Position numbers and translations under genes: made by a program. A stretch of DNA of 64,000 bases from Octopus vulgaris. Lineage: Eukaryota. A model generated the notes under the pieces. That model saw only the letters and a list, made by a program, of their open reading frames with translations. It searched no databases and was not told the DNA's origin. The stretch is taken from positions 29,884,001 through 29,948,000 of the forward strand of contig OX597823.1 in assembly GCA_951406725.2 (NCBI GenBank), in the 5' to 3' direction. Below, piece by piece: positions 27,245-40,255 of this stretch. The first letter of the stretch is position 1. The number at the start of each line of letters is the position of its first letter.

Positions 27245-27460
27245 TTGTGTGTCTTTGTTTGTGCCCCCAACATCGCTTGACAACCGATGCTGGTATGTTT
27301 ATGTCCCCGTTACTTAGCGGTTCGGCAAAAGAGACCGATAGAATAAGTACTAGGTTTACAAAGAATAAGTTCTGGGGTCGATTTGCTCGACTAAAAGGCG
27401 GTGCTCCAGCAAGGCCGCAGTCAAATGATTGAAACAAGTAAGAGAGTAAAAGAGAGTAAA
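26870..27460 (+). mobile_element. SINE A interrupted in its internal (TA)n by a minus-strand SINE B fragment (27078-27208)
   Basis: 5' half 26870-27025, 3' half ~27240-27460. Confidence 0.8.
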
Positions 27461-28177
27461 GAGTGAAAAAAACAGAGTGGCCATAATTAAATTTTAAATT
27501 GAAATATTGTCCACCGTCCACTTCAAAGCTTTTAGCATCTCCTCGGAGTGGGCGATATGGGCCGCCTTGAGAACGACTGGTTTACCTTTAAATCAGCAAT
27601 GATCCTGCTGACGTATTATCAAAAGCGTTCCAACCGTGAACCCCAACTCCTCTCTTTTTAAGCGTTATCTAAAACTACATTATCTAATGATAATGAAAAG
27701 AGGATTTGACTGCGTTTTCTTCATGAAAAGAGAATTTGACTGCGTTTTCTAGCAGATCATGGGGAAGCACAGCTGTGGCTACAGATAGTTATGATAGAAT
27801 CCGTTGGAAAGAACGTTGTTCAAGAGCTGAGTTTAATGCCACCTCATCACACATTGTTCGACCAATCAGTGACGTTTGTCGTATATCTAATGACTTCCGG
27901 GACATACTCAATGATTAATGACATAAAGATGACAAAGACAATGATAACAATATCTTCAAAATTAAACAAAAATTTAGTCGCTCGATCTTCTAAACATAAC
28001 AGCCAAATGTTCCTCAACTCACACCCTACTGTCTTGCAAAAAGGAACAGTTGTTATAGTCATTATAATCCTACAATGTATGTACTACATTATCCAAAATG
28101 ACGGGTCGGTCATGGCTAGAAATTAATTTCCATGAGACATAGCAACACATTTATATGTCCCTCTCTCTGTCTCTCTG

Positions 28178-28223
<46 letters not shown>

Positions 28224-28330
28224 GTCCTGAGGTATTTTTCCCTAAGCGATATTGTGCTATACACATTTACTTCATCCACCATGTGTGTTTGTGTGTGTTT
28301 GTGTGTATGTGTGTATGTGTGTATGTGTGT

Positions 28331-28397
<67 letters not shown>

Positions 28398-28446
28398 TGT
28401 ATGCATAAATGTATGTAATAATTTCGCTGAAGCATAGTGATATTAA

Positions 28447-29087
28447 CCTATTGCCTGCCGTGGACCCCATTTGGGGATCTGCTAAAAACAGTCTCACTGC
28501 CAGTTGTTCGTTGTATATAAAGTGAATTGCTTATGCACCTTGCATTTGAAGAGATGTGTTTAACAATATTTAGTCGTTAAAATTTGTCATTATTAGCTCT
28601 GGCTCATTCTAGAGGACATTTTATGTCATAAATCGCAATTTTTGAACTACAAAAATATTGACTCTTATGAAAAATTTTTTTTTTTTGTTTTGCATTTATC
28701 TGTATCATTCATTGATATTTCATTCGCATTTTATACTATAAGTTTAAAAAAAACAACTAATATGTTTATTATTGCAATTGAATAGAAAAGGATAAATATT
28801 AAATATAAATATAAATATAAATATAAAATATAAATATAAAATATAAATATAAAATATAAATATAAAATATAAATATAAATAGAAATAGAAAAGGATAAAT
28901 ATTGCAATTGAATAGAAAAGGATAAATATACGTTTATTCAGCGACCCCCATTTGAGACTTTTAAAAATTTTATAATTTCCAAAATAATTCACATATGAAG
29001 AAAATTTAAATACTAGATATTATTTTAACTTCTAAGACACCTGACAAAGCATAAAAATATGAATTAAAAAATTTGGCAATTAATGAG
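28447..29087. mobile_element. Possible degenerate piggyBac-type MITE
   Basis: TTAA at both ends, imperfect TIRs, gaccccattt motif twice. Confidence 0.4.
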
Positions 29088-29380
29088 TTAATGACTAGCT
29101 GTAAAATTCAATATATATACTGAGATGCATCAGAGTAAAACATTAGAAAAATAAGAAGCGTAATGTTTATTAATGAATGTCGAAAGAACAGCAGTTACGT
29201 AATCAACTTGATTACCTTACAGCCATACCTGACATGAGAGGTTATGCTTGTACAACATCTCAATTTTATTTTTTTAATGCCTTCGAGGAAGCTATAGGAT
29301 CTCGTGTAAGGAACTCCTGTTCTTTTGTTAGTCATTTATTAATATTACGCTCTGCATTCTCCTAACACTTCGCTCTAACA

Positions 29381-29570
29381 CAGGTGTCCCCAAACTTTTT
29401 AGACTATCGACCCTTTCGTGGAATCCTTGACACCTCCCCATCGATCCTCAGGCATGTGTAAGAAAGTAATTAAATGATAATAATAATTAAGTAGGTGCGA
29501 ATTTATTGACCCCTTGAATAGTTCCATCAACACCCCCAGGGATCGATATCGACCATTTTGGTGACCCCTG
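29381..29570. mobile_element. hAT-type MITE
   Basis: TIRs caggtgtccccaaa / tttggtgacccctg; 8-bp TSD only partly conserved. Confidence 0.65.
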
Positions 29571-29646
29571 CACTCAAAGAGAAGTATTTTGAATTCTGAA
29601 ATACTAGTTATTAATATCGCTATACGTGAGCAAAATCATGAAATAC

Positions 29647-29730
<84 letters not shown>

Positions 29731-29744
29731 CACACACAAACACA

Positions 29745-30230
29745 CACACACACGCACACTTATTTTTGTGTGTGTACGTCTGTGTATGCATACACATGCA
29801 CACACAAAGACTAGAGAAGGCAGAATACAGAGATATACATACATGCATGCACACACACACATACACACATACATATCTTTGTGTGTGTGTGTGTGTCTGC
29901 GTATGCACACACACACACACACACACAATGACAAGAGAAGGCAGAATGCATACGCACACACACATCCTTGTGCGTGTACGTCTGTATATGCATAAAGACA
30001 GACTCACACACACACATACACACACGAAGACAAAGTACAATGCTTACAGACACACACACACACACATCTTTGTGCGTGTACGTCTGTGTATCCATACACA
30101 CACACACACACACACACGAAGACGAGAGAAGGCAGATTACATACACACAAACACTGTCACAGACACATATCTTTGTGTGTGTGTGTGTGTACGCCTGCGT
30201 ACGCATAAGTACAAACATATTAACACATAT
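29745..30230. repeat. ~120-bp CA/TG-rich minisatellite, about 4 units
   Basis: Recurring gtgtacgtctgtgtatgcata...gagaaggcagaata units. Confidence 0.75.
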
Positions 30231-30721
30231 CCCCCACCTCCGTCACACACACACACACACACACACATAGACACAAACACGCGCGCACACACACACATAT
30301 ACCTAAATTTTTAGATGCATTCATATAAACATACATGCATACATACCTACACGCATATATAAACAGACAGAAAGAAAGGCAGACATATTAAACGGGCTCG
30401 TTGTATTGTAAGGAAATACCACACAATTCCACTATTCCATCCTTATACTTCCCTCCTCTTCGCTACTTTTTTTGTTTTTTCATACTTATTTCTAGCATTT
30501 CTTTGTTTCATCGCTCGTTATCGACGTCGCCGCCATAGTTCCTGTTAATTGTTGTTCTTATTCTTATCGTTGTTTCTTTGCTGACTTGTTTTTTGTTGTT
30601 TTTCTTTTTTTTGCTATTGCTGTTTTGCTTTTTTTTTCTTTTTCTTTTTTTTTTTTAAGAACGTATATCAAAGGTGTTTTCCTTTATGAACCATGCAAAC
30701 ATAATATATAGGCACGTTTCG

Positions 30722-30804
<83 letters not shown>

Positions 30805-31040
30805 CACACACACACACACACGTTCACACACACACACACACGATGTTGTTATGAATATATTCATATGCTTTGTGCTTGGTTTTTCTTCATGATTTTATGG
30901 CCCTGGGAGGGAAGATGAAAGACTGTCGATCGGGCATAATGGCACGAAACAGATACGAATCGAAATACCACAACATATTTTCGTTCGTCGCACCGACTTC
31001 TGCCTTCACTCGTCTTCGTTAAACATGCACACACACACAC

Positions 31041-31416
31041 ACACACACACTTACACAATTTTATGTTACACACACACACACAAACACACACTTACATAAT
31101 TTTATGTTACACATACACACACGTATGTATGTGCATGTGTATATATATGTGTGTGTGTGTGTGTGTGTATAATAATTGTTATAGTTATAATACACACACA
31201 CGCACACACACACATATATATATATATATACACATGCACATACATATGTGTGTATGTGTAACATAAAATTATGTAAGTGTGAGTGTGTGTTTGTGTGTGT
31301 GTAAACATAAAATTGTGTAAGTGTGTGTGTACGCGTGTGTATGTGTGTACACACACGCGCACACACACACTTATATAATTTTATGTTACACATACACACA
31401 CATATGTATGTGCATG

Positions 31417-31449
<33 letters not shown>

Positions 31450-31470
31450 ATGTGTATTATAATTGTTATA
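31041..31470. repeat. Direct-inverted-direct triplication of a ~140-bp unit
   Basis: cttacataattttatgttacacatacacac at ~31091 and ~31370, reverse complement at ~31248-31277. Confidence 0.75.
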
Positions 31471-32813
31471 TATTATATATGTATATTATATATCATGTAT
31501 GTGTGCGCGTGTGTGTGTGTGCGTGTATTCCCCAAAACCGCTTCACAACCGGTTCTGGTTTTGTTTTTACTTCCCACTACCCAGCCCGTAATGTAGCGCT
31601 TGGTCAAAACGACACCGATAGAATAACTATCAGTCCTTCAAAAGAGGTACTGGTGGGGGTAGGGGTAGGGAGTCAATTTATTCAACTGAAAAATATTTGA
31701 AGGAGTTACCCCAGCATGACCGCCGTTCAATGGCTGAAATACCGAAGACAGATGTGTATGTGTGTATGTATGTGTGTGGGCGCACGCGCGTGCGTATCTG
31801 TGAGAGTGAGAGCGCGTTTGCACGTGTGTATGTGAGAGCACGCGTTTGCACGTGTGTGCATGTGTGTGTGTGTGCGTTTGCATGTGTGAGTGCGCGTGTT
31901 TGCATGTGTGTGTGCTGTGTGTGCGCGCCCGTGTGTGTGTGTTGTGTTTGCGTGTGTGTGTGTGTATGTATGTTTGCATGTGTGTATGTGCGCGCGCGTT
32001 TGTGTGTGTGTGTGTATGTGTGTGTGATTGTGTCAACTTTTAAACATCTCTAGAGAGAGATTTTGCGTACGTATGTGAGGATCTTGCCGTGTTTCTATTT
32101 AAGATGTAGAACGCTCCCCAATTATTTTGACATCAAAGTGAGAGAGAGGGGGAGAGAGGGACAGGCAGCAAATTAACATACATACATACATACATACATA
32201 CATACATACATACATACATACATACATACATACATACATACATACATACATGCATGCATGCATACATACATACATACATACATGCATGCAAGCATTCATA
32301 CATACATACATACATACATACGTACATACATGATTGCATGCATGCATACATACATACATACATACATACATACATACATACATACATACATACATACATG
32401 CATGCATGCATACATACATACATACATACATACATGCATGCATGCATACATACATACATACATACATACATACATACATACATACATACATACATACATA
32501 CATACATACATGCATACATATATATGGCTTAGTGGTTAGGGTGTTGCACTTATGATTGCTAGATCGTGGGTTCGATTACCAGACCGGGCGTTGCTTTGTG
32601 TTCTGGAGCAAAGCTCTTCATTTCATGTGGCTCTACGATCATGTCGTCATCTGACACGGTGCACCTACACAGGCAATATCAGTTTGATGGAGAGAATGAG
32701 CTTATGTGAATACAAACGTTTGATCACTATAAACAAATCACGTGTGTGGTTGTCTAGCAAGAAATTGCTCAACCTTCATACGTCATCTAACGACGAGAGA
32801 ATCCATTATGTAA

Positions 32814-32844
<31 letters not shown>

Positions 32845-32849
<5 letters not shown>

Positions 32850-33700
32850 GGATATAGTTAGAAAGGCGAAACCTTATAGAAATGGTAGGGAAGGTTGGCA
32901 ACTTTGTTCTATGGAAACTTATGAAATTTTAAAACATCAGAGTAATAGAAATCTGTTGAATAATCGTCTGGAGCTGGAAGGATCTTGCATACATTCCACA
33001 ACCCGAAATTTAAATACTTTAAATAAAAATTGTGAGCATTCCCATATTTTTCAAATTTTAACTTTTTATTATAATAATAGTAAGAAATATACTATACTAG
33101 CCTTCAATTTAACTTTCCTAGATGACTAAAAAAATTCACTGTAAACTTGAAATTGGAATTTTTTCTAAATCTTATCTAGTTTTAAAATTAATAAAGCTTT
33201 CCCCCAGTTATAAAATATTATGCCTACTCATAATAATAAGTGATAGTTTTTCCCTACTCTCTGTAAAGGGGATTAATGACCATTTGACATTGACCTAGTT
33301 CTTCTCACCAAATAGCAGTAATTGGCATTTTGTTAGTGACAACTTGAATTCCTTTTATGGTATTCTGAAACCTCCCTTACCTCATTCCTACAACTAAAAA
33401 ATCTTTATTACTTCTAATCTTATAGCAATTAAATACAGCCATAGCTTGGTCAGTCAGTGGCTGGACTTCACAACCTCATATGTTCTTAAAATTTAAATCT
33501 ACATCTTTACCTGTATATCTACCTTCTCTATAATGTTACTACTTGATTTGAAAGCTTTTGTATTATTGGAAAACCTATATAATTGGCTGATGAGCACTCA
33601 GCATCTTAAATCTGCTGTAATACTTACAACTTTTAATAAAATGATGTAGTGCGAAACAATTGTACCAAATTACCGGAGTCATTCTTGTTGCTTATTTTTG
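32845..33700 (+). mobile_element. PLE 3' fragment (post-GIY-YIG C-terminus plus 3' UTR/pseudo-LTR)
   Basis: Peptide KAKPYRNG..QLCSMETYEILKH..LLNNRLELEGSCIH resembles the PLE C-terminal CxLC..E..LNKRxEL..CxH motif; TA repeats on both sides. Confidence 0.7.
33583..33668 (+). ncRNA. Type I hammerhead ribozyme motif
   Basis: ttgg-CTGATGA-gcact...agtgc-GAAA-caattg-TA-ccaa. Confidence 0.8.
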
Positions 33701-34107
33701 ATTATATATATATATATAATATTGATTAGATAACAAGCATCAAATTCGAGTCAACGACTTTATAGAACACTACGCTTCCATACATTTGATCATATATAAA
33801 TATTACCATGGCCCTTAATATATAAAAAAAAAATACAATTGAGCACTTCTTTTTTGCAGCTTTATAAACCCTTTTACTTCCATAAAAAGAGGTAAAAATT
33901 ATTTCTTTCTTCCAAGGAATCTAATGCGCTTGGCTTAGATTTTTCCTTGGGGGCTGGCCAGGTCGGAGCAATCTCAAGATTAATCAGCCGAAATTGCGAG
34001 GATGATCCGGTTCTTGACTGAAGATTGAAGGCTTCGAATGTCCCGTCCGTATTTTTTGTATCGTCTTCTAAATGTTTGCGTTCTTGTCCCAGTTTGTATT
34101 TTTTTAC

Positions 34108-34147
<40 letters not shown>

Positions 34148-34178
34148 TAAATAAATAAATAGGATGTCCAGGTATTAA

Positions 34179-34265
34179 TACATTACGGCCGTTTCGGACG
34201 GCTCCATTTAATCGATCAATGAAAATATTACATCAATTTATAAGAAACCGCTCTCCTTAGAGTAG
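34179..34265 (-). ncRNA. Hammerhead motif, left arm (core mutated to CTAAGGA)
   Basis: ctact-CTAAGGA-gagcggtttc...ggagccgtcc-GAAA-cggccg-TA-atgta. Confidence 0.55.
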
Positions 34266-34474
34266 ATGACCAAATATATTTCCAAAATAAAGGATAAACT
34301 ACTTTTAACAAATTTATGCCAATACTAGAGAGCAAAATAATTATATTGTTTCCTTATGTTATATTTATGGCGCAAATATAACATAAGTAAACAAAATAGT
34401 TATTTTGGTTTCTAATATTGATATAAATTTTTTAAAAACGGTTTATCCTTTATGTCGAAAATCTATTTGGTCAT

Positions 34475-34562
34475 CTACTCCGAGGAGAGCGGTTTCTTTT
34501 GAACTGATGTAATGTTTTCATTTATTGATTAAATGAAGCCGCTCGAAACGGCCGTAATGTAG
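34475..34562 (+). ncRNA. Hammerhead motif, right arm (core CCGAGGA)
   Basis: ctact-CCGAGGA-gagcggtttc...gaagccgctc-GAAA-cggccg-TA-atgtag; 10-bp stem II. Confidence 0.7.
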
Positions 34563-34919
34563 TGCTACCTGAACATCCTTGTTACTTATTTGCATTCAGT
34601 TCACCTAACTTGGAACTGTGCGGACTATACCGAACTGGCTTGGTGCCTCAATATAAGTACCTAACTCAACTGAATCCTAATTATATATACATATGCGTGT
34701 GCGTGTGTGTGAGTTTATATACACACTCACATGTATGTATGTGTACGTATGTATGTTGTCTTTGTATTTATTAATATTTATTAATATTTATTTATTAATA
34801 AAGACATCTGTCATCTGCTAAGAGTAGAGATTCAACAAATGGTGAAAGCAAGGATGCGCTGTTACAGAGCAAGCCCTTCATATCACTACTACTACTGCTG
34901 CTACTCCTACTAATAACAA

Positions 34920-35830
34920 TTCTTTCTACTGGAAGAACAAGGCCTCAAATTTGTGAGGAAGGGATTAAGTCGATTACATCGACCCCAGTGCGTAACTGGT
35001 TCTTAATTTATCGACCCCGAAAGGATGAAAGGCAGAATTTGAACTCAGAACGTAACGACAGACCAAATACCGCTAAACATTCCGTCCAGCGTGCTGATGA
35101 TCCTGCCAGCTCACCGACTTACCACAACCATTGCTATTAATAATCCTTTCTGCGCGAGGTCTTAAATTTTTGGTACTTAATTGATCGACCCCGAAAGGCT
35201 GAAAGGTAATGTCGACGTCAGCGGAATTTGAACTCAGAACGTAGCGACAGACGAAATACCTATTTCTTTACTGCCCACAGGGAGATACACACAGAGGGGA
35301 CAAACAACGACAGATAAACGGATTAAGTCGATTATATCGACCCCAGTGCGTAACTGGTACTTATTTAATCGACCCCGAAAGGATGAAAGCAAAGTTGACC
35401 TCGGTGGAATTTGAATTCAGAACGTAACAACAGACGAAATACCTATTTCTTTACTATCTACAAGGAGCTAAACACAGAGGGGACGAACAAGGACAGACAA
35501 ACGGATTAAGTCGATTATATCGACCCCAGTGTGTAACTGGTACTTATTTAATCGACCCCGAAAGGATGAAAGGCAAAGTCGACCGCGGCGGAATTTGAAC
35601 TCGGAACGTAGCGGCAGACGAAATGCCGCTAAGCATTTCGCCCGACGTGCTAACGTTTCTGCCAACTCGCCGCCTTTTCAATTGCTATTAATAATCATTT
35701 CTACTCTAGGCACAAGGCCCGAAATTTGCGGGGGGGGGGGGGGCTGGGCAGTCTATTAGATCGATCCCAGTATGCAACTGGTACTTAATTTATCGAACCC
35801 GAAAGGATAAAAGGCAAAGTCGACCTCGGT
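34920..35830 (-). mobile_element. Head-to-tail cluster of about 5 SINE B units
   Basis: cgaccccgaaaggatgaaag-like core at ~35012, 35186, 35370, 35553, 35794. Confidence 0.85.
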
Positions 35831-36163
35831 GACACCGCAAAAAATTGCTGTTGATACATTACGGCAGAAATCGTTTTCACCTCAATAGACGTCATTGATT
35901 GGTTAAAATTGCCGAAAATTAAGAAATTAAAGACCAAATATCTTATAAACTACACAATTTTCTCAAGAAAGCCAAGAGAAAAAGATGTTTTATTAACACA
36001 TTCTACCAGTATACGAAGTTTAAAAGTGTTTAGTTACAAAGAAATTATTTTAAAAATCTGCCGGTCAAACCGAAAAGATCCCGTAATGGTAGACGAAATG
36101 CCACGATGCATTTCGCCCGCTGGTGCTAACGATTCTGCCAAGTTCGCAGCATTTTCAATCGCT

Positions 36164-36234
<71 letters not shown>

Positions 36235-36729
36235 TAATAAAGAGTTGCCCCGAACAATTTCTTTATCCACAAAATTTTGTAAATGAGTATTTCTTTCTAA
36301 ATAAAAATAAATAAATAAATAACCAAAGAAAAAAAAACAAGATATTTTGAATTATTTTGAAAAGAAAAGAAAATATGATTTGCCAGAAGATACATCCAAA
36401 ATGGCGAAATGAACTCCAACATCCGTGTACTTCTATTCGTCATTTTATACATTGCGTTTCCAGATAAATTCGTTCGATTTATTGTAGATTTACTCTATTT
36501 TAATTCTTTCCAATGTTATTTGAATAAACACAATATTTTTTTTTGTGGTAGCGTTTTATGTTTATTTTATGTTTATTCATTTATTTTTATTTTTGTAGCT
36601 GTATTCTTCCTCCTCAACTTTTGTTTGAATAAACTTTACCTCTTCGCAAACATATGTCGATGGAGTGCCAAGTAAAGAAAAAAATGAATGAATTTATCAA
36701 ATAACTCAATATGATATGCTGTACATAAG

Positions 36730-37021
36730 GAATAAAAAGTTTTGAATGGTACAACAATGCACTATAATACAAACAATGGGCTACATACTTGTTGTAATTT
36801 AGTCATCCATAGTCTGATAATATTTTGGAATAAAATTCCTTCTTCAGATATTCTTAGATGGAGTCGGAAAAGCGATTATAGAAGCGACTCCATCCATGAA
36901 TATCTGAAGAAGGAATTTTATTCCGAAATATCATCAGACTATGGAAGACCAAATTACAACAGGTATACAGCCCATTGTTTATATCATACTGCATTGTTGT
37001 ACCATTCAAAACTTTTTATTC
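36730..37021. repeat. ~290-bp palindrome with an HHR-like core in each arm (36901-36940 +, 36811-36850 -)
   Basis: 137-bp arms, 18-nt loop (36867-36884); CTGAAGA-a-ggaat-ttt-attcc-GAAA-tatca-TC-aga; weak stem I. Confidence 0.85.
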
Positions 37022-37421
37022 ATTACAAACAATACACAATGCTTCAAGCGAACTACAATACTCTCCGACATGCTGTATGGCGCCAATTTGGAAACGTCGT
37101 GAGCTCAATCGGGAGCGGTAAATATGAAGGAAGCATTATCGGGATGTGGTGACGACGCCGGGTGTTTGTTGAGTGTGGCCGAGATTTTTCTTGCAAATTA
37201 AATATTTAAACTAGCTTCAATACCTATACAACTAAGCCTCATAATCGAGGGATACATAATAAAGACTGGTATGAAGCAAAGGCGAGTACCCACAATCTGG
37301 TGTGTCCCCTAACTATGAGAAACCCTGTATTAGAAACACATTTTCAAATATATTTTTGTTTTGCATTAGAATTACTGTAAGACATTATACGATTTCAGTA
37401 TATATGTCCCCAAAGTCGGGG

Positions 37422-37640
37422 ACCTGGCAGAATCGTTAGCATGCCGGGCGAAATGCTTGAGGGTATTTCGTCCGTCGCTGCGTTCTGAGCTCAAATTCCG
37501 CCGAGGTTGACTTTTGTCTTTCATCCTCTCGGGGTCGATGAATTAAGTACCAGTTGCGTACTGAGGTCGATCTAATTGCCTTCTCCAGCCCCCCCGCCCA
37601 CAAAATTTCATATCTTGTGCCTATAGTAGAAAAGATTATT
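37422..37640 (+). mobile_element. SINE family B
   Basis: Family B head and core. Confidence 0.8.
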
Positions 37641-38620
37641 ATATAAGTCCCCAAGGCAGCGGCTGTTTACGTTTGATTCGGAATTCGGCCGAGTTCAACT
37701 TTGCTTTTCAGCCTTTCAATATCAACGAAATAAGGTATCAGACATACAATGAGGTCGATGTTTTCGACTTACACTCTCCCCTCAAAATTGCAGGCCTTGT
37801 GTCAAAATTAGAAAGATTTACATGTTCTCAGTTTCTTTAGAAATTTTCATATTAATTTTGATAGAGCAAGCAAAAGACCAAGAAAATATCTAAAAAGAAA
37901 AAAAGTCACATGGACACAGGCGTGGCCATGTGGTAAGAGGTTTGCTTCCCAACCACATAATTTCGGGTTCAGTCCCGCTGCGTGGGACCTTGGGCAAGTG
38001 TCTTCAACTATGGCCGCAAGCTGATCAAAGCCTTGTGAGTGGATTTGGTAGACGGAAGCTGAAAGAAGCCCGTTGTATATTCGTGTGCTTGTGTGCGTGC
38101 GTGCGTGCGTGCGTGTGTGCGTATGTGTGTGCGTGCGTGTGTGCGTATGTGTGTGCGTGTGTGTGTGTGTGTGTGTCTGTGTGTGTATGTCTGTGTGTGT
38201 TTGTGTGTGTCTGTGTGTGTGTGTGTATATATGTGAGTGTGCGGATGTATGTGTGCATGTGTGTGAGAGTATGTGTGTGTATGTGTGTGTTTGTGTGTGT
38301 GTGTATGTGTGTGTTTGTGTGTGTGTGTCTGTGTGTCTGTTAACGTTTCTGCCACCTCCCTACGCTTTGACTGCAGTAATATTCATTAGATATTATAACA
38401 TGTTGCGCTAGAGCTACTTCGATTTTTGATGGTTTCAGTTTTTACTAGCTTCTGTCATTGGACTGTGACCATTCTGCTGCACTGCCTGGACGGCTTTAGT
38501 CGTACTGAGCGAAGTTGCGGTGACATAAACGACAAAATAATTGGTTGTCAAACGGTAATGACATACATGCGCTCGCACGTACGCATGCACACGCATACAC
38601 ATACACAGATAGCAAGATAA

Positions 38621-38910
38621 GTTTCTTTATTGGCCACACAGGGCTGCACACAGATGGGACAAGTTACAAGGTAGAGCTTTTCTTTTGGGGGATGAAAAAA
38701 AAAAGGGGTTGCGTAGGTTTTCGATCAAGAGGGATCGTAAAAGGGAAGAAAAGAACAAAAAAATAATAAATAAAATAAAAAAGAAAAAAGAAAAAGAAAA
38801 AAAAGAAAAGGAAAAGGAACAAAAGAAAAGAGAAATGAAAAAAGAAGAAAAAAGGGGGAAAAAAACGATCAATAGGGATCGTGTATCAGTGTTATGATAT
38901 ATGGTGTAAA
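38621..38910 (-). mobile_element. 3'-tail fragment of an unidentified retroelement (possibly L1/Tx1-like) in (GATA)n
   Basis: Ends ...gtgtggccaataaagaaa on minus strand with a T-rich tract upstream; second copy at 41718-41930. Confidence 0.55.
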
Positions 38911-39002
38911 GGGGAAAGCAAGTACAAGATAGACAGGTAGCTGGATAGATGGATAGACAGTCAGACAGACAGACAGAAAGACAGACAGATCGATAGATAG
39001 AT

Positions 39003-39083
<81 letters not shown>

Positions 39084-39396
39084 CACTTACATACAAATAC
39101 ATGCATATATATATAGAATATATAATATATAATACTTACGTACGTACATGCACAGGCATACACACACACACAGATACACACACAGACACACACACACACA
39201 CACACACATACACACTGACCCACCCACATGCGCACAAACAAACAAAAAGGAATGCAGTGTAAATAACGGACAAGACCTGAAAAGGTTGCAAGACGCAACG
39301 AAAATTTTAGAAAAATAAAAATAAGAAATAAGTGGAAATTTTACCGCTGAGTGTTACATTATAAGGCACAAAAAGAAAATTACTCTCCCCAGACAC

Positions 39397-39804
<408 letters not shown>

Positions 39805-40174
39805 CATATATATGTGTGTGTGTGTGTGTGTGCGTGTGTGTGTGCGTGTGTGTGTATATACATATATATATATATATTTGTATGTATGTATATAAATATA
39901 TATATATACATACATACATACATACATACATACATACATACAAGCATATATCAGTACAGGACGTCACCAACGGTGCAAATAACATCAAATACGTAAACAT
40001 ACGAAGGAAAAACTAGTGAAATACGTAAACAACGAGAAGAAAACTAGGAAACAAGACAAGTTAACAGAGAAACGACCATTTATCAGTTGTCGTCTGTCGT
40101 CTATCTACTCCTCATTTCGCACATTCAACGACATGACTCTTCAAAGACACTTGCTCCCATAAATTCTACTCTAT

Positions 40175-40209
<35 letters not shown>

Positions 40210-40255
40210 TCATATATATGAATATATATATATATATATATGAATATATATATAT

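Larger units (their letters stand above)
34145..34595. repeat. ~450-bp imperfect palindrome with an HHR motif in each arm
   Basis: Centre ~34370 (cttatgttatattt...aaatataacataag); arms reverse-complementary throughout. Confidence 0.9.

Noticed and set aside
33940-34050. ggctg...cagcc-GAAA and CTGAAGA...GAAT strings
   Set aside because: Core nucleotides broken; possibly a decayed HHR but unsupportable
34920-35830. Regularly recurring motif resembling a CRISPR array
   Set aside because: Units are whole SINE copies with homologous 'spacers'; eukaryotic context, no cas genes
36742-37152. 136-aa ORF
   Set aside because: Runs through the palindrome; no protein motif
40095-40152. TTGAAGA...GAAA on the minus strand in a TA-flanked element
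   Set aside because: Stems I and III do not pair convincingly
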